From contig CM052816.1 in assembly GCA_028534125.1 (NCBI GenBank), positions 38,938,001 through 39,002,000 of the forward strand: 64,000 nt of DNA, written 5' to 3'. The stretch comes from Lama glama. Taxonomy: Eukaryota. The translations under genes were made by a program, and so were the position numbers. Below, piece by piece: positions 1 through 13,745 of this stretch. Every line of letters begins with the position of its first letter. Positions within the stretch are counted from its first letter, which is position 1. The notes beneath the pieces were generated by a model. It made no database searches. It was not told where the DNA came from and was given only the letters and a program-made list of their open reading frames with translations.

Positions 1-770
1 GGTTGTCCTCAGGCAAAACTATTTTATGACATATTAACCTGCTGGAGTTCTATCAGAGCCTATCCTACCTCAGGGAAGAGAAATACTCAACTCCAGCCCC
101 CTCTAGCCATCCTGTCAGAGATAGACCAGGGGATTGAGAAGCACTGGTGAAGTTCACAGCTCAGGAGTGCAGGACCACCAAAAGACTAAGACCTAATCAT
201 AAGGCAACAGTATGCTTCCCCTCCCCTGCAACTTACCATTACATTACTGAAGGCCTGTTTACCACAGCTCCTTTCACTGAGCACATCACAGTCACCTCTC
301 AGCAGAAATTCATAAGGCATACTAAAGGGCAAAAACAAACTTTAAAGGAATTAAATAATCATCAGAATCAGAGTCAGATATGGCAGGAATGTTGGAATTA
401 TCAGACCAGGGATTGTAAAACCTATGATTGGTATGCTAAGAGCTTCAACGGGAAAAATGGACAACATGCAAGATAGATGATGTAAACAGAGAGATGGATA
501 TTTTAAGAAAAATCAAAAGGAAATCTTAGAGATCAAAAACACGGTAACAGAAATAAAGAATGCTTACAATAGGCTTACTAGTAGACTGGACACAATTGAG
601 GAAAGAATCACTGAGCTTGAGGAAATGACTAACAACTTCTAAAACACACAGATAAAGAGAAAAAGGTGTTAAAAAACAGGATGAATATCTAATAATGATG
701 GGACAACTATAAAAGTTGTAACATACATGTAATGAAAATATCAGAAGAAGAAAGAGAGAAAAGAAGAAAA
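1..770 (+). mobile_element. Old L1M (L1MC-like) 5' UTR / ORF1 N-terminal fragment, degenerate
   Basis: A-rich decayed ORF1 coiled-coil-like sequence (e.g. gtaacagaaataaagaatgc...agtagactggacaca...gaggaaagaatcactgagcttga); interrupted by stops. Confidence 0.7.
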
Positions 771-2205
771 ACAATGTTTTTCTCAGCAAAGTAGTGCTGG
801 GAAAATTGGACAGCTACATGTAAAAGAATGAAAGTAGAACATTCTCTAACACCATATACAAAAATAAATTTAAAATGGATTAAAGACCTAAATGTTAAGA
901 CTGGATACTACAAAATTCCTGGAGAGAAACATCCAGAACACTCTTTGACATAAATCGCAGCAAAACTTTTTTGGATCTGTCTCCTAGAGTAATGGAAATA
1001 AAAACAAAAATAAACAAATGGGACCTAATTAAACTTAAAAGCTTTTGCATAGCAAAGAAAACCATAAATAAAATAAAAAGACAACATACAGACTGGGAGA
1101 AAATATTTGCTAACAATGCTACCAAAAAGTGATTAATTTCCAAAATGTACAAACAGCACCAACAGCTTAATATCAAAAACCCAAAGAGTCACCTAAAAAA
1201 AAAAAAAAATGGGCAGAAGACCTAAATAGCCATTTCTCCAAAGAAGACATCCAGATGGCCAACAGGCACATGAAAAAATGCACAATATTGCTAATTACAA
1301 GAGAAATGCAAATCAAAGCTACAATGAGGTATCACCTTACACTAGTCAGAATGGCCATCATTAAAAAGTCTACAAATAATGAACGCTGAAAAGGGTATGG
1401 AGTAAAGGGAACCCTCCTACACTGTTGGTGGAAAAGTAAATTGGTGCAGTCACTATGGAAAACAATATGGAGATTACTATAAAAACTAAAAGTAGAGTTA
1501 CCATATGATCTTGCAATCCCATTCCTGGGCATATATTCTGGAGAAAACTCTAATTTGAAAAGATACATGGACCCCAATGTTCACAGCGGCACTATTTACA
1601 ATAGCCAAGACACGGAAGCAACCTAAATGTCCATCAACAGATGAACAGATAAAGAAGATGTGGTATATATATATACAATGGAATATTGCTCAGCCATAAA
1701 AAAAAGAATGGAATAATGCCATTTGCAGAACATGGATTGACCTAGAGATTATCATACTAAGTGAAGTCAGACAGAGAAAGACAAACATCGTATGATATCC
1801 CTTATATGTGGAGTATTTTTTTAATGATACAAATAAACTTATTTACAAAAAGAAACAGACTCACAGACATAGAAGACAAACTTATGGCTAACAAAAGGGA
1901 AAATGGAGGGGTGGGGAGGGATAAATTAGGAGTTTGGGATTAACATATACATACTACTATATATAAAATAGGTAAACAACAAGGACCTACTGTATATAAT
2001 TCCACAATGTATATAATTCTACTGTATATAATTCCTACCTACTGAATATAATTCCACACAGAATTATATTCAATATCTTGTAATAATCTATAACGAAAAA
2101 GTATCTGAAAAAAGTATATATATGTATAACTGAATTACTCTGCTGTACACCTAAAACTAACAAAACATTGTAAATTAACTATACTTCAGTAAAATAAACA
2201 TGCAA
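771..2205 (+). mobile_element. Cetartiodactyl-type L1, 5'-truncated (ORF2 3' end + 3' UTR + A-rich tail)
   Basis: ORF2 C-terminal motifs (tgctgggaaaattggacagctacatgtaaaagaatgaaa, gggcagaagacctaaatag, gcactatttacaatagccaagac) and artiodactyl-type 3' UTR (acagactcacagacatagaa...actatacttca); frames broken. Confidence 0.9.
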
Positions 2206-5010
2206 ATAAATAAGATAAAACACAAATTACTAACATCAGAAATGAAATAGGGGACATCACTATTTTATGGACATTGAAAGGATAATAAAAGAATATTGTT
2301 AATAACTCTATCCCACAAATTTGATAACCTATATGAAATGAACCAATTCCTTGAAAGAAACAATTTGTCAAAACTCAAAAAGAAAGAGACAGCCTGAATG
2401 GGACTATATCTATTAAAGAAATAAAAAATTAATAACCTTTCAAACCAGAAAGCACCAGGCCCATATGGTTCTACCAGTGATTCTACCAAACATTTAAAGG
2501 AGAAATTATGACAATTCTCTTCAATCTCTTCTGGAAAAGAGAAAAAGAAGGAATACTTCTTAACTCATTCTATGAGGTCAGCATTACTCTAATACCAAAA
2601 CCAAATAAAGATATTACAATAAAAGAAAACTATAGGCCAGTATCTCTCAAGATTACTGACATAAAAATCTTCAACAAAATATTAGTGAATTGAATCCAAT
2701 AGTGTGTAAAAAGAATTATATACCATGACAGAGTGGGATCTATCCCAAGTAATGCAAAGCATGTTTAGTATTCAAAAATCAATTAATGTAATCCAGCACA
2801 TCAACAGGCTAAGAAAAAAATCTCATGACATATTAATAGCAGCAGAAAAGCACTTGAAAATATCCAACACCTATTTATGATAAAATCTTAGTAAATCGGG
2901 AATAGAGTAGAACTTCCTCAACTTATGAAGAACATCCACAAAAAACCTACAGCTCACATCATACTTAATGGTGAGAAACTCAAATCTCCCAGCTGAGATC
3001 AGGAAAAGGGCAAGGATTTTCCCTTTCACTACAACTTTTCAACATTATACTGGAAGTCCTAGCTAATGCAATAAAAAACAAAAAAAAAGTAAGGTATACA
3101 TATCAGGAAGGGAGAAAAAATTGTTAGCAGATGGCACAGTTATCTATGTAGAAAATTTAAGAAATTGACAGAACCTCTTGGAACTAATCAATGAGTATAG
3201 CAAAGTTGCAAAATACAAGGTTGATATAGTAAAACCAATCACTTTCCTATATACCAACAATTAACAAGTGGAATTTTAAATTAAAAATTATCTTTTACAC
3301 TGCACCACAAAAAGGAAATATTTAGGTATATACCTAACAAAAGATGCACAAAATCTACATGAGAAAAACTATAAAACTCTGATGAAAGATATCAAAGAAC
3401 TATATGTTCATGGCTAGGACAATTCAATTAGTCAAGATGTTAGTTCTTCCCAACTTGGTCTATAGGTGTAACACAATCCCAATCCAAATTCTAGCAAGGT
3501 ATTTTGTGGAAATTGACAAACTGATTTTAAAGAGTATGTGAAGAGGTAAATGCCCCAGAATAGCCAACTCAATATTAAAGGAGAAGAACAAAATTTTAAG
3601 ATTGACATTACCTAACTTCAAGACAACTTAACTATAAAAGCTACAGTAATTAAGATAGTTTGGTAATGGTAAAAGAATAGACAAACAGACCAATGGAACA
3701 GAATAAAGAGCCCCAAAATAAATACCCACAAGTGGAGTAGATATTTGACAAAGGCACAAAAGTTAATACAATGGAAGAAAGAGGGTCTGTTCAACAAATA
3801 ATGCTGGAAAAACTTTAATGAATTAGATATAGACCTTACACCCTTCACTAAGAGTGACTCAAAATTAATCACAAATCTAAACATAAAATGTGAAATTATA
3901 AAATTTTAGAAGATAACATAGAAGAAAACCTAGATGACTGTGAGTATGGTAATGATTTTTTAGATACAACACCAATGGGATGATTCATGAAAGAAATAAT
4001 TGATAAGATGGACTTCATTAAAATTAAAAACTTCTGCTCTGCAAAAGACAATGTCAACAGAATACAAAGACAAGCCACATACTGGGAGAAAATATTAGCA
4101 AAAGACAAAAATAAAAAATCATTATCCAAAATACACAATGAATTCTTTTCTCTTTTGTGGGTTTTTTTTTGTTTGTTTGTTTGTTTTGTTTGGGGTTGGG
4201 GAGGTAATCAGGTTTATTTATTTAGTTAGTTATTTTAATGGAGGTACTGGTGATTGAACCCAGGACCTCACGCATGCTAAGCATGTACTCTAACAACTGA
4301 GCTATACCCTCCTCCTACAATGAACTTGTAAAACTCAACAAATAAAAAGAATTATACTTCAATTTTTAAAAACTAAACAATTAGAAAATGACCAACCATC
4401 TTTTAAAATGTGCCAAAGACTTCGACACCTCACCAGAAAAGATACACAAATGGCATATAAGCATATGAAAAGATGTTCAACATCATACACCATTAGGGAA
4501 CTAGAAACTACAACAATGAGATACCACTACATACCTATTAGAATGGCCCAAATCTGAAACATTGATGACATCAAAAGCTGGTAAGGATATGAAGCAACAA
4601 AAGCTTGCATTCATTGCTGGTGGGAATGTGGAATGGTACAGCCACTTTGGAAGACATTTTGGTGGTTTCTTAGAAAACTAAACATACTCTTACCATGCAA
4701 TCCAGCAATAGCACTCCTTAGTATTTATCCAAAGGTGTTGAAAACTTAAATCTACACAAAAATCTGCACATGAATGTTCATAGCAACTTAATTCACAATT
4801 GCCAAAACCTGGAAATAATCAAGGTATCCTTTAGTAGGTGAATGGATAAGCTAGTACATCCAAACAATGGAGTATTATTCAGCACTAGAAAGAAATGAGC
4901 TATCTAGCCATGAAAAAGACATGGAGCAATCTTAAACACATATTACCAAGTGAAAGAAGTCACCCTGAAAAGGCTACATACTGTGTAATTCCAAGTATAA
5001 CACAATCTGG
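2206..5010 (+). mobile_element. L1MC1/2-like ORF2 (RT to C-terminus) and start of 3' UTR, degenerate
   Basis: ORF-track fragments [28 protein letters not shown] and IKIKNFCSAKD..RQATYWEKI are L1 ORF2 motifs; L1MC-type 3' end (gagctatctagccatgaaaaagacatgg...ggctacatactgt). Confidence 0.9.
4148..4316 (-). mobile_element. Camelid tRNA-derived SINE (vic-1-like) inserted in L1MC
   Basis: Reverse complement reads GGAGGAGGGTATAGCTCAGTTGTTAGAGTACATGCTTAGCATGCGTGAGGTCCTGGGTTCAATCACCAGTACCTCCATTAAAA with Pol III A/B boxes and an A-rich tail; imperfect TSD ACAATGAA(TTCTT/CTTGT) at 4135-4147 and 4317-4329. Confidence 0.88.
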
Positions 5011-5011
5011 A

Positions 5012-5215
5012 AGAGTTCAGTCACACAGACGAATTCTGGCTCTGTCATTTTACTAGCTGTTTGCCTCTAGTCAAGTGACTTAATCTCTCTTTCCCTTAAA
5101 TTACTCATCCATGAAGTAGAACTGAAGGGTACCTCCCTCATGGGGTTGTTCTGAGAATTAAAGAAAAAAATGCATCTAAACTTATTAGCAGAGTGCCAAG
5201 CAGAAAACAAGCTCT
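5012..5215 (+). mobile_element. MIR SINE
   Basis: MIR core: aattctggctctgtcattttactagctgt...caagtgacttaatctctct...ggttgttctgagaattaaa. Confidence 0.75.
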
Positions 5216-5786
5216 TGCCAACTATTTCATGAGAAGCATCCTCCAATACACTCTGGAAGATATAAAGAAGATAAAGCATAGTGAATACTGTCCAGGAGTT
5301 CATAATATAGGAGAAACTATGGAAGTACATTGACATTAGTTCATAATAAATTTTGTTGTAATGAGATTTGTGATTTAATCAGAAGTTAAGGGCCTTAAAA
5401 GGGTATTCCAATGTGATCTATTGCAAAAATAGAAATCTTCAGGCAAAATGACAAGTTGAAAATTGTCTCAGATATTTTGTGACCATATAGTCCTCTGAAG
5501 AGCTCGAATCCCGGTATTAGGCAGCTTTACAGCTTTGATGAACATCACAAACAGGAAGCCACTAAATGCTTCGTCAGTGCTATATTTGGTACTGGTTTAG
5601 CCCTTACTTAGAGAACCCTATTCCATATTGATCCTCTTACCTCACAAATGATATAACTACCCTTGGGGAAGTGAAAATATACAAAGCCATCTGAGCCACG
5701 CTTAGCTCTGGGATTTATGTCTGCAAGATACTAAATGCTAAATTGGCAAGGAAGCTCAAGAACATACTTTCATCAAAAAGGCACAG

Positions 5787-5947
5787 TGTAGTAACTTATG
5801 GTGAAAAAGAATATGGAAACAAATATATGCATGTCCATGTATGACTAAAGCATTATGCTGTACACCAGAAATTTACACAACATTGTAAACTGACTATACT
5901 TCAATAAAATATATATACATACATATATATATATATATACACCAAAG
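5787..5947 (+). mobile_element. Camelid L1 3'-terminal fragment with (TA)n-derived tail
   Basis: gtagtaacttatggtgaaaaagaata...gctgtacaccagaaat..acacaacattgtaaactgactatacttcaataaaa; TSD AAAGGCA(C/T)AG at 5777-5786 and 5948-5957. Confidence 0.88.
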
Positions 5948-6779
5948 AAAGGCATAGAGATTATACATTATATTGTACAGTAGTCCCTGCTATACAAACA
6001 ACTCCCTAGCAACCATACTGGAAATATGACCACAAAAAAGAGGCAGCATATTAGAGTTGTTAACACACCTAACCCAAAGCCCACTGAAACTGCCTGCAAA
6101 CTTCACTGGACATAGCAGAATTCAGTACATGGGAGATTATTAAGGCTGAGACCTTCCCTTCATCCCAAACCAACTACAATTATTATACTTTGAACAACAA
6201 CGAAGTCTTTTTGGTGTGACTCTAAGGATGATTTACAGTGAGGTTCTGACTTAGTTACATAGAATAATTTTAAGTATCACAAGGTAGAAACATAATAAAG
6301 ATAGAATTTTACTAAATTCAATGAGTAAACCAGTTGTCAAAGAGTCATTATCAAGACTTCTAAAGCAGTACAATTTAATGCAGTGTCTAATCAGAACTTT
6401 TGAACCAAACCAGAAATTCTAATTTTATAAAAATTAACAGTCTTTAAAAATCACTTAAATGATATTCATGACATCCATTTTGGCACTTTATTTATGCTAA
6501 GTCATTTTTAAAAGCAAAGTAGAGAATAATGGAATATTTATCTCCCAGCGTAATTTAAATAAATGTAATTTTTAATGCAAAATTGCCTATGTGGCAAATT
6601 TCCAATTTCCATTTTCCAGAAAATCCATTTGTACAGAATATCTGGGGCCCCCAAAACACTCTTTAAAAATAAAATATTAAACACTGTTTTATTAGTTTTC
6701 AGCATTTAGAGTCAAGGTCTGTACAAGCATAAAGACACATTTGTGGTTGCAAATGGAATGTAAATGTTAACCTTTTGAC

Positions 6780-7270
6780 AATATAAAAGCAACGTGTAGC
6801 TGACAGGAGAATGCAGAAATAGGAAAGGAAACATGAGTGAAAAGGAGAGGTCCTACTACTTAGATGTACTCATTTTACAAAGAAGGAATCAAAAAATCCT
6901 GCCAAAAGATGTTTATGGTATTATCTAAAAACTACAAAGATTAGAAGAACTGAAAATCATATTAATATCAAATTTTAACATAGGGATGGGAGACGGGAAT
7001 GGGAGAGTAATGTAAGTGAGCTATTACCTCAGCTTTCTTAACTGGAAGTCTATGGATGTGGTTTATTGATTTATGGAAGAGCACAGGAATAAGCACATTC
7101 TCTGAAGGTGTCAAGCCAATCTTCAAAAGAAATTTTAAAAGTAACAGCTTGATTTTGCCTTTGGGGAGAGTAATTTGGAACGGAGAATTCTGGTTGAGAA
7201 ACTGTTACTTTTCACCATAAACTCATCGGTATAATTTGATTATTCACTATATCATGTTATTTTGAAATTT
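6780..7270 (+). mobile_element. Ancient L1ME-like 3' fragment
   Basis: Diverged L1ME-type 3' UTR pattern (ttgcctttggggagag...actgttacttttcaccataaact). Confidence 0.4.
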
Positions 7271-7886
7271 TTTAATAAAGTATTATCCATTGGCATATTG
7301 GTATTAAACATTTAGAGAGACATACTTAAATACAATAAATGGTAACTTAAAAAGAAAATATTTACAGAGTATCTTCATCATAAATCATAATACAATAAAA
7401 AATTTATTCTGAAAAGCTTAGTATTTCCACCTTACTAGCATTTCCCCAATAAAATAGGCCCATGAAAGAAAATCTTCTTCCTATCTAATACCTGACAACC
7501 CATTCAGCAGTGAAAATGGAAGAGGAACAAAGAAGAGATACACTTTCAGGAATTGCCAGGAGTATCAGTGTGACATTCGGAAAGTCACATCAGTTGATGT
7601 ATTGGGGCTTTAAGTTTCCTCTTGCACTAAATGAGAGCCAGGCAAGAAGGACTTGAAAGTTGCTTCAGGCTCAGTATCATATGATTTTAAATTAAGCAGT
7701 TAATTTCATGCAATTAGAATCAAAGATTTCAACACTGAAAAATATCTTAAGAGTCAGTCTTACTCCTTCATTCTGCAAAGAGGAAAGTAACGTCTTATGA
7801 GACTTCTAGAGCCACAAGAATTAAGAAGAGTAGACTCAGAACTAGAACCCAGAACCACAGACTCGCATGCTGCCAAATGTGTCTTC

Positions 7887-8272
7887 CGTTTTAGTCGGCT
7901 CTGGCTGCCAGAACAAAATACCATAGACTGGATGGCTTAAACAAACAGAAATTTATTTCCTCACAGTTCTGGAAGCTAGAAGTTTGAAATCAGGGTGTCA
8001 TCGTGGCTGGGTTCGAGTGGGAGCTCATTTGCTGGCTTCCAGATGGCAGTTTCTCACCATGTGCTCACATGGCCTCTCCTTGGTGCTGATGCTTGGAGAG
8101 AAAAATTTTCTCTTCCTCTTCTTATAAGGGGACCAATCCTATCAGATTAGGACCCTATCCTTGTGACTTCACTTAACCTTAATTAGCTCCTAAAAGCCCT
8201 TTCTCCAAATACAGTCATTGGGAGTTCGGGCTTCACATACGAATTTGGGGAAACACAATTCAGTCCATAGAT
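7887..8272 (-). mobile_element. MaLR solo LTR (MLT1A/MLT1A0-like)
   Basis: ttagtc..ggctgccagaacaaaataccatagactggatggcttaaacaa..cagaaatttatttcctcacagttctggaagctagaag...ctccaaatacagtca...aattcagtccata. Confidence 0.88.
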
Positions 8273-9303
8273 TCTTCTTTCAAAAAAAAAAAAAAAAGGA
8301 TGACACAATTTTTCCAAATCTCTCTTCCTTGCCAACAAAACCCAGCTCTTGTCTCTATGTCTCAACATTTAAACATGAAGGAAATAATACTTGGATATAA
8401 GGAAGGAAAATATGCTGCAGCTTGATATTATTGTTTCTCATTTCTCAGTGACGACTCGTTCATTCAAGAGACCAAATGCATAGATATTTGCATGTGATAC
8501 ATTTCTCACTTTCTCCACATCAAAGTATAAATCCAAAACCACTAATGTAATGGTGCTAAGTTATCCTATGATAACCTTTTGTAGACACTTATTATCAGTT
8601 GCTCTAATCCACGTGGTCTACTTGTGTGTCTTCTCTCAACAAAATTCCCAAGAGGAAAAAGTATAGACTCATATCCATTAAAGCTAATGGATCTCCAGAA
8701 AGAAAATGTTTTGCTCTTGGTTGAACATTCCCTTTGCAGTCTAGTTTTATAAAACAATACCCTACAGCTTCCTTTTAAACTGATAGAAGCAAACAGTACA
8801 TGCATTGTCTGGTTGGGGTAAGGGTTATATTTTCAATTTGGAGTTAAGGAAAAGAGCTTGTTTGCTAAAGGCAGAAAAAAGGTATATGCAATAACTAAAG
8901 TTCAGAAACAAGGAGCTGAGAATGGGAGCTCAGTTCTGGAGGAAACTGTTACTTAAATTACAGCATGTTTAGAAATGGGAAGAGACACATGAAACACAAC
9001 AAGCTGCAGACAGTGTGACTTGTCTAGTAAAAAGAAAACATAAAAACATATATAAGAGAAAAGGGTGCATAGTATAAATTAAGTAGAAAATATTTTAGGA
9101 GTGGTTTCAGAGACAAAGGGCCAAGGACAAGGAGATTTATTTGATTTACAGATCAAGTGAGAGGAGATAGTGTAGTCATACAATAAAACCTCCTTTCTTC
9201 AGCCTCCTCTGCCCTCAACCTCCCTCAGCTAAGATCAGCCCGTCCTTGCTTGCAGAGTATCAGGGATAAATGTCTTTATTGTAATCCTTATACTTTTGTT
9301 TTA

Positions 9304-9868
9304 CAGTGTTTATCCAAGTGTCGTTTTCACATCGTCTGCTTCAGACTCACCTCCACCATTCCTCAGACCAACCACCCCTACAAGCTTATTAAAAATGCAG
9401 ATTCTTTGGTATCTCTACAGAAAATGTCTCCCTAAGATGAACTTGGAAGGCATTATGCTAAGCGAAGTAAGTCAGACTGAGAAAGACAAACACTGTATCA
9501 TATCACTTCTATGTGGAATCTAAAAAATACAGCAAACTAGTGCAGATAACAAAAAAGAAGCCAACTCACCGATATAGACAATAAATTAGTGGTTACCAGT
9601 GAAGGGACAATATGTGGATGGGGGAGTGGGAGGTACAAACTATGGGTGTAAGATAGGCTACCAGGATGCACTGTACAACAAGAAGAATATAGCCAATATT
9701 TTGTAATAACTTTAAATGGAATGTAACCTTTAAAATTTTTATTTAAAAAACTTTTAATAATAAAATTTTTTAAAAAGACAATATCTCCCTAAGGACGGAC
9801 TCAGGAACCTGCATTTTATCTAGGCTTTCAGTTGATTATTCTGTACACTACACTTGAAGAGTTGCTGC
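9304..9868. mobile_element. MER5-like hAT-Charlie DNA transposon split by an L1 insertion
   Basis: cagtgtttatccaagtg...cttattaaaaatgcagattc | caggaacctgcatttt...gattattctgtacact...tgaagagttgctg. Confidence 0.6.
9437..9779 (+). mobile_element. 5'-truncated L1 3' end (older laurasiatherian/artiodactyl type)
   Basis: gaacttggaaggcattatgctaagcgaagtaagtcagactgagaaagacaaa...tagtggttaccagt...; 14-bp TSD AAT(G/A)TCTCCCTAAG at 9423-9436 and 9780-9793. Confidence 0.88.
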
Positions 9869-11059
9869 TGTATGTTAACTATCAGCTTGTCTCCTACCAA
9901 ACTTTGAGTGCCTCTGATAACAAGTACTGTGATTGATCCACCTCTTTATCATCAATGACAAGCTCAAGTAGGTTCTTGATAAATATGTGTTGACTCGGAC
10001 CCTGAGGAGCACCTCCGAGTAAGCAGAAGGCAGGCAAGTGAAATTCACCAAATGACTGACCACAACTGAAGATTTAAATGGCATTAAATCTTCAAAATCA
10101 ATATGAAATAAGAGTAAGAAATTATTTTAAGCTCAAATACAGAACTGACCCAATATTTCACAAACTGTTTCTGAAACATTTACTACTCTTACTCTATAGG
10201 AAATCAAGCAAAGGTTAATTGAGACTTCAAAATGTTTGGTCACTTGAGTGCAACGACTCAGGAAAGACATAGCAGTGGTAATTAAGGACACCACCAGGAG
10301 CAGCCAGATGGACACCGAAGAAGCCAGGAAGTTCCTCCTGCCTCAGAAGGATTTACAGATGAAATATTGAAGTTGCGATGAATACCATGAGGAGTAAGGT
10401 GTCAAAATGAAGCCTCTGGCATTCACACAGGAAGTCACATACCATCAAGTTGATTTCCACCTTGCAATCATATCTGAGAAAGCAGAGATTAGGATTGGAG
10501 GTAATTTTCCCAGAAAGAACAACACTGGGATGCCAGTTGGTCAGTGGGCAACTCAAAGGTGAATAATGAGATCTTAATTTAAAGCTATGAAATCTTGCCT
10601 CCCACCTGAATATGTGGGATCTAGGGAATAGGGTTAGACTTGGTAACTTCTGTCTTACCGTAAAAGAACATTCAGGCTTGCAGAAGTAGAATATGCTACC
10701 TGCCCCCAAAGAGATAAGGTGTAAGATATAAATATCATGCCATGTCCAGTTTTCATGGTCATGTCGGTGTGTGGGTCACTCTAATTATGATACCAACATT
10801 AAAAAGGACTACACTTCAAAGTAGGTTTGGGGGGAAAACACATTTAATCTTCTTTTTGTTGTGTATTTGTTGTAAGTGATAAAAGTGGATGGTGTTTAGC
10901 CCTTTACAAAAGAAAAGGTATTATCTTACCTTCAAATACATTCTATGATGAAGCTTAAACCCAGAGCAGAAGGCAGCTCAGAGTTGATGAGCTGTTCAAA
11001 ATGGAAATGGCCAGAGAGACATGTCTTCTATCTAATTAACTAAGAGCCCCTGGGGAAAA

Positions 11060-12215
11060 CTATTCAGCCTCACCTTCTGATGGCCTCTGGCATTCCTTTC
11101 CATGTCTCCCTTCTGCTCCAGCTCGCAATTCTGTAATAGTTATTCCAAACCACCTTCATAAGCACTGACCCTGCCACTCTATCATTTTTACCTGATGATT
11201 TCGTATCGTACTTCATGTAGAAAGCAAGATGCCAGTAACTAGAGTTTCTTCACCTTCTTGCTGGACCTCCTCCCCCACCCAGAAAAGGAACATATCCACA
11301 CCCATCCTCACCTCCTTTCCTTCATCTCAGTGGAAGGACAGGGAGGTCTCCCTACCCTGTTCTAGGTCTAGACTCTCTACTTGGCCTCTGGGTTTCCTCC
11401 CCTCACAGCCATTCAGGCATCTGGCCCCAATTATTACCAATTTCTCTTTCATTTGTTTAATTTATTTCCAAGGAAAATGTCCCATAGATATAATGAGTCC
11501 TGGTATTATTTTTTAAAAACTTGTCTCAATCCATCATAGCCAGACTTCTTTAAAGAACAGTCTATACTTGCTGTATCCAAATTCTAACGTTCTATTTGCT
11601 CCTTATCTCTTTACTGTGCTATAATCCAGCTTGTGGATCCACTTCACTGGAACTGCTCTCACCATGGCTTCTAACCACTTAGAACCATCATACCCAGTAG
11701 TCTACTCCTTAGCCTGGACCTCAGGTAACCACCTGACACAGTTAGCCATTCCTTCCCTCTGATTTGCCACTTCCTCTCAGGTCTGTGTATTGTCTCTCTC
11801 TCTCCTCTCACCTCCTCCTCCCTCTCCCCTCTCCTCTTCCTCTCCCAGTCTCCCCATCACCTCTCTCTCTTTCTCCTGCATTTTTCTCCTACTTTTATGA
11901 ATATGCCTTCCAAGTCTCCCAGGAATATTCAATTTCTGTTTCTTCTAATGTTCCTCAGAATTCTAATCTCTGTCATCTTTTCTTATACAGTACCCACCCT
12001 CCCAGGATCGCAGCCACTTGACCATCTGGCTATATTCTATTGCCTCCTCCTCTCCAGCACAGAACATTGCTCTGAGTTCAGATCCATGATGTCCAGGTGT
12101 CTGTGACACCTCAGACTTACTATGTCCAAACCTAAAATAATCCTTTCTGCCTAAACCCCCTTACCCCAAATTTACTTTTTCTCAGATTCTCCACCTTGTT
12201 TATGCGCACAATCAT
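11060..12215 (+). mobile_element. L2 LINE fragments
   Basis: Pyrimidine-rich L2-type sequence (ccacttcactggaactgctctcacca..., ctctgagttcagatcc...cacctcagacttactatgtccaaacctaaa). Confidence 0.65.
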
Positions 12216-12478
12216 TGCCCTTGTCACACAATAAATCAGGAGGTTGTTTTTGTGTTTGTTTTCCTAAAATACTTTATTCCTCTCAATTCACACACAGTAC
12301 CCAAAGTCAATTACACTTTTCCAAGTGGAATACATATTCTGGGGTAAGCCATATTTTATTTTATCTATTGGTGTCAAGAGCAATGCATGATGCTTCTGGT
12401 TATTTGCCTGTCACTATACTAGCTATTGAAGTTGGGGGTGGGGGGTGATATATGGCTCACATATACATACACATACAT

Positions 12479-12504
12479 CACACACACACACACACACACA
12501 CACA
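12479..12504. repeat. (CA)13 microsatellite
   Basis: Direct read. Confidence 0.97.
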
Positions 12505-12989
12505 GACTGAAGTAAAGTATCCATTAGCTCATTCATATGGCCACAGTATGGAAATGGTATATATTATAGAAACAATATATGCGATGGGGCTTTCAAGTTA
12601 TCGGGTGTGGTCTTGATAACTTGAATTATATTGCATTTTTTATGTAAGAAAGCATATTATAACTTCTCTACACCACTGCAAAAAGTAACTTAGAAGGAAT
12701 ATTTTCCTCTATACTTTATTCTGAGTATTATCAATCTCCTAGAAAAACTGAAAAAACTGTATTGTGAATACTCGTGTACCTAGATTCTGCTCTATCATTT
12801 GTGTTATATTTGCTTTATCACTTATCAATCCACCCAGCCTTCCATCAATCCACCTTCTTTCAAATTAGGTTATAGACATATACTTCACCCCTAAACACTC
12901 AAGCATGCTTATTATTAAGAACAGCTATTTTGAGGAAGTTCATATATTGAAATGCACAAATCTTCAGGGTATCATTCAAAGACTACTCA

Positions 12990-13745
12990 CTCGACTCTTC
13001 CCTCTTCCACCCCACTCCTCTCATATCCAAATTCTTTATTGCTCAACTCCCTCTCCTCCAGCCCCCAACTTTAGTTCACACCTTTGCTATGTCTTATCTG
13101 AATTACTGGGACGTCCTCCAGTTTCTTTCACTTTAATTCATTCCCACAACACTGTCAAGGTGATTTTTCTAAACCACAAACTGGATGTCATTTCCTGTTT
13201 AAATTCCTTCTCTGGTTCTACTCCAAACATCTAAGAGTAGTTTTAGAATAAAATCCAACCTCCTGAGTATGGTACACAATGATCTGACCCTGTTTTTTTC
13301 TCTGTCCTCATTTCTTGCCACTTTCTCACCTTCCCTAACTTTTCCCCAACCCCTTCTCTCACAAGCATCAGTCACCAAAAAGATAAAATTCTTTGCAGCA
13401 TTTCATGTGCCCTCATCCTTTGCACCTTCTTAGATACCGTCCCTTCTGTCTGCAGTGCCCTGCTCTCCATTCTTCATCTAGCTACCCCCTACTCACTCTT
13501 CCTGACTGGGTTCAGACATTGCCTCCTCTGGAAAGTCCTGCATGTCCACCCTCTACCTCCACTGCAGACTTGGCTGGACCCCTTCCGGGATTTCCTAAAC
13601 ATCATGTACACACATCTGTCTTAGAATTTTTGCCTTTGCCTGTTAGTCATCCCAACCAGTCTGCAGATCTTTAAGGGCAGAGAGCAAATTCTGCTTCTCA
13701 TCCCTCTGATTCCAGATAAATAAATGTTCAATAAATGTTCAGGGA
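12990..13745 (+). mobile_element. L2 LINE 3' fragment
   Basis: gtgatttttctaaaccacaaactggatgtcatttcctgtttaaa...agaataaaatccaacctcct...taagggcagagagc...tgttcaataaatgtt. Confidence 0.65.

Noticed and set aside
4240..4316. Possible tRNA gene
   Set aside because: tRNA-like A/B boxes but with a SINE tail and TSD, inside an L1; it is a SINE
5976..6000. tacagtagtccc resembling a Tigger/MER44 terminal repeat
   Set aside because: Short match with no partner terminus or internal similarity
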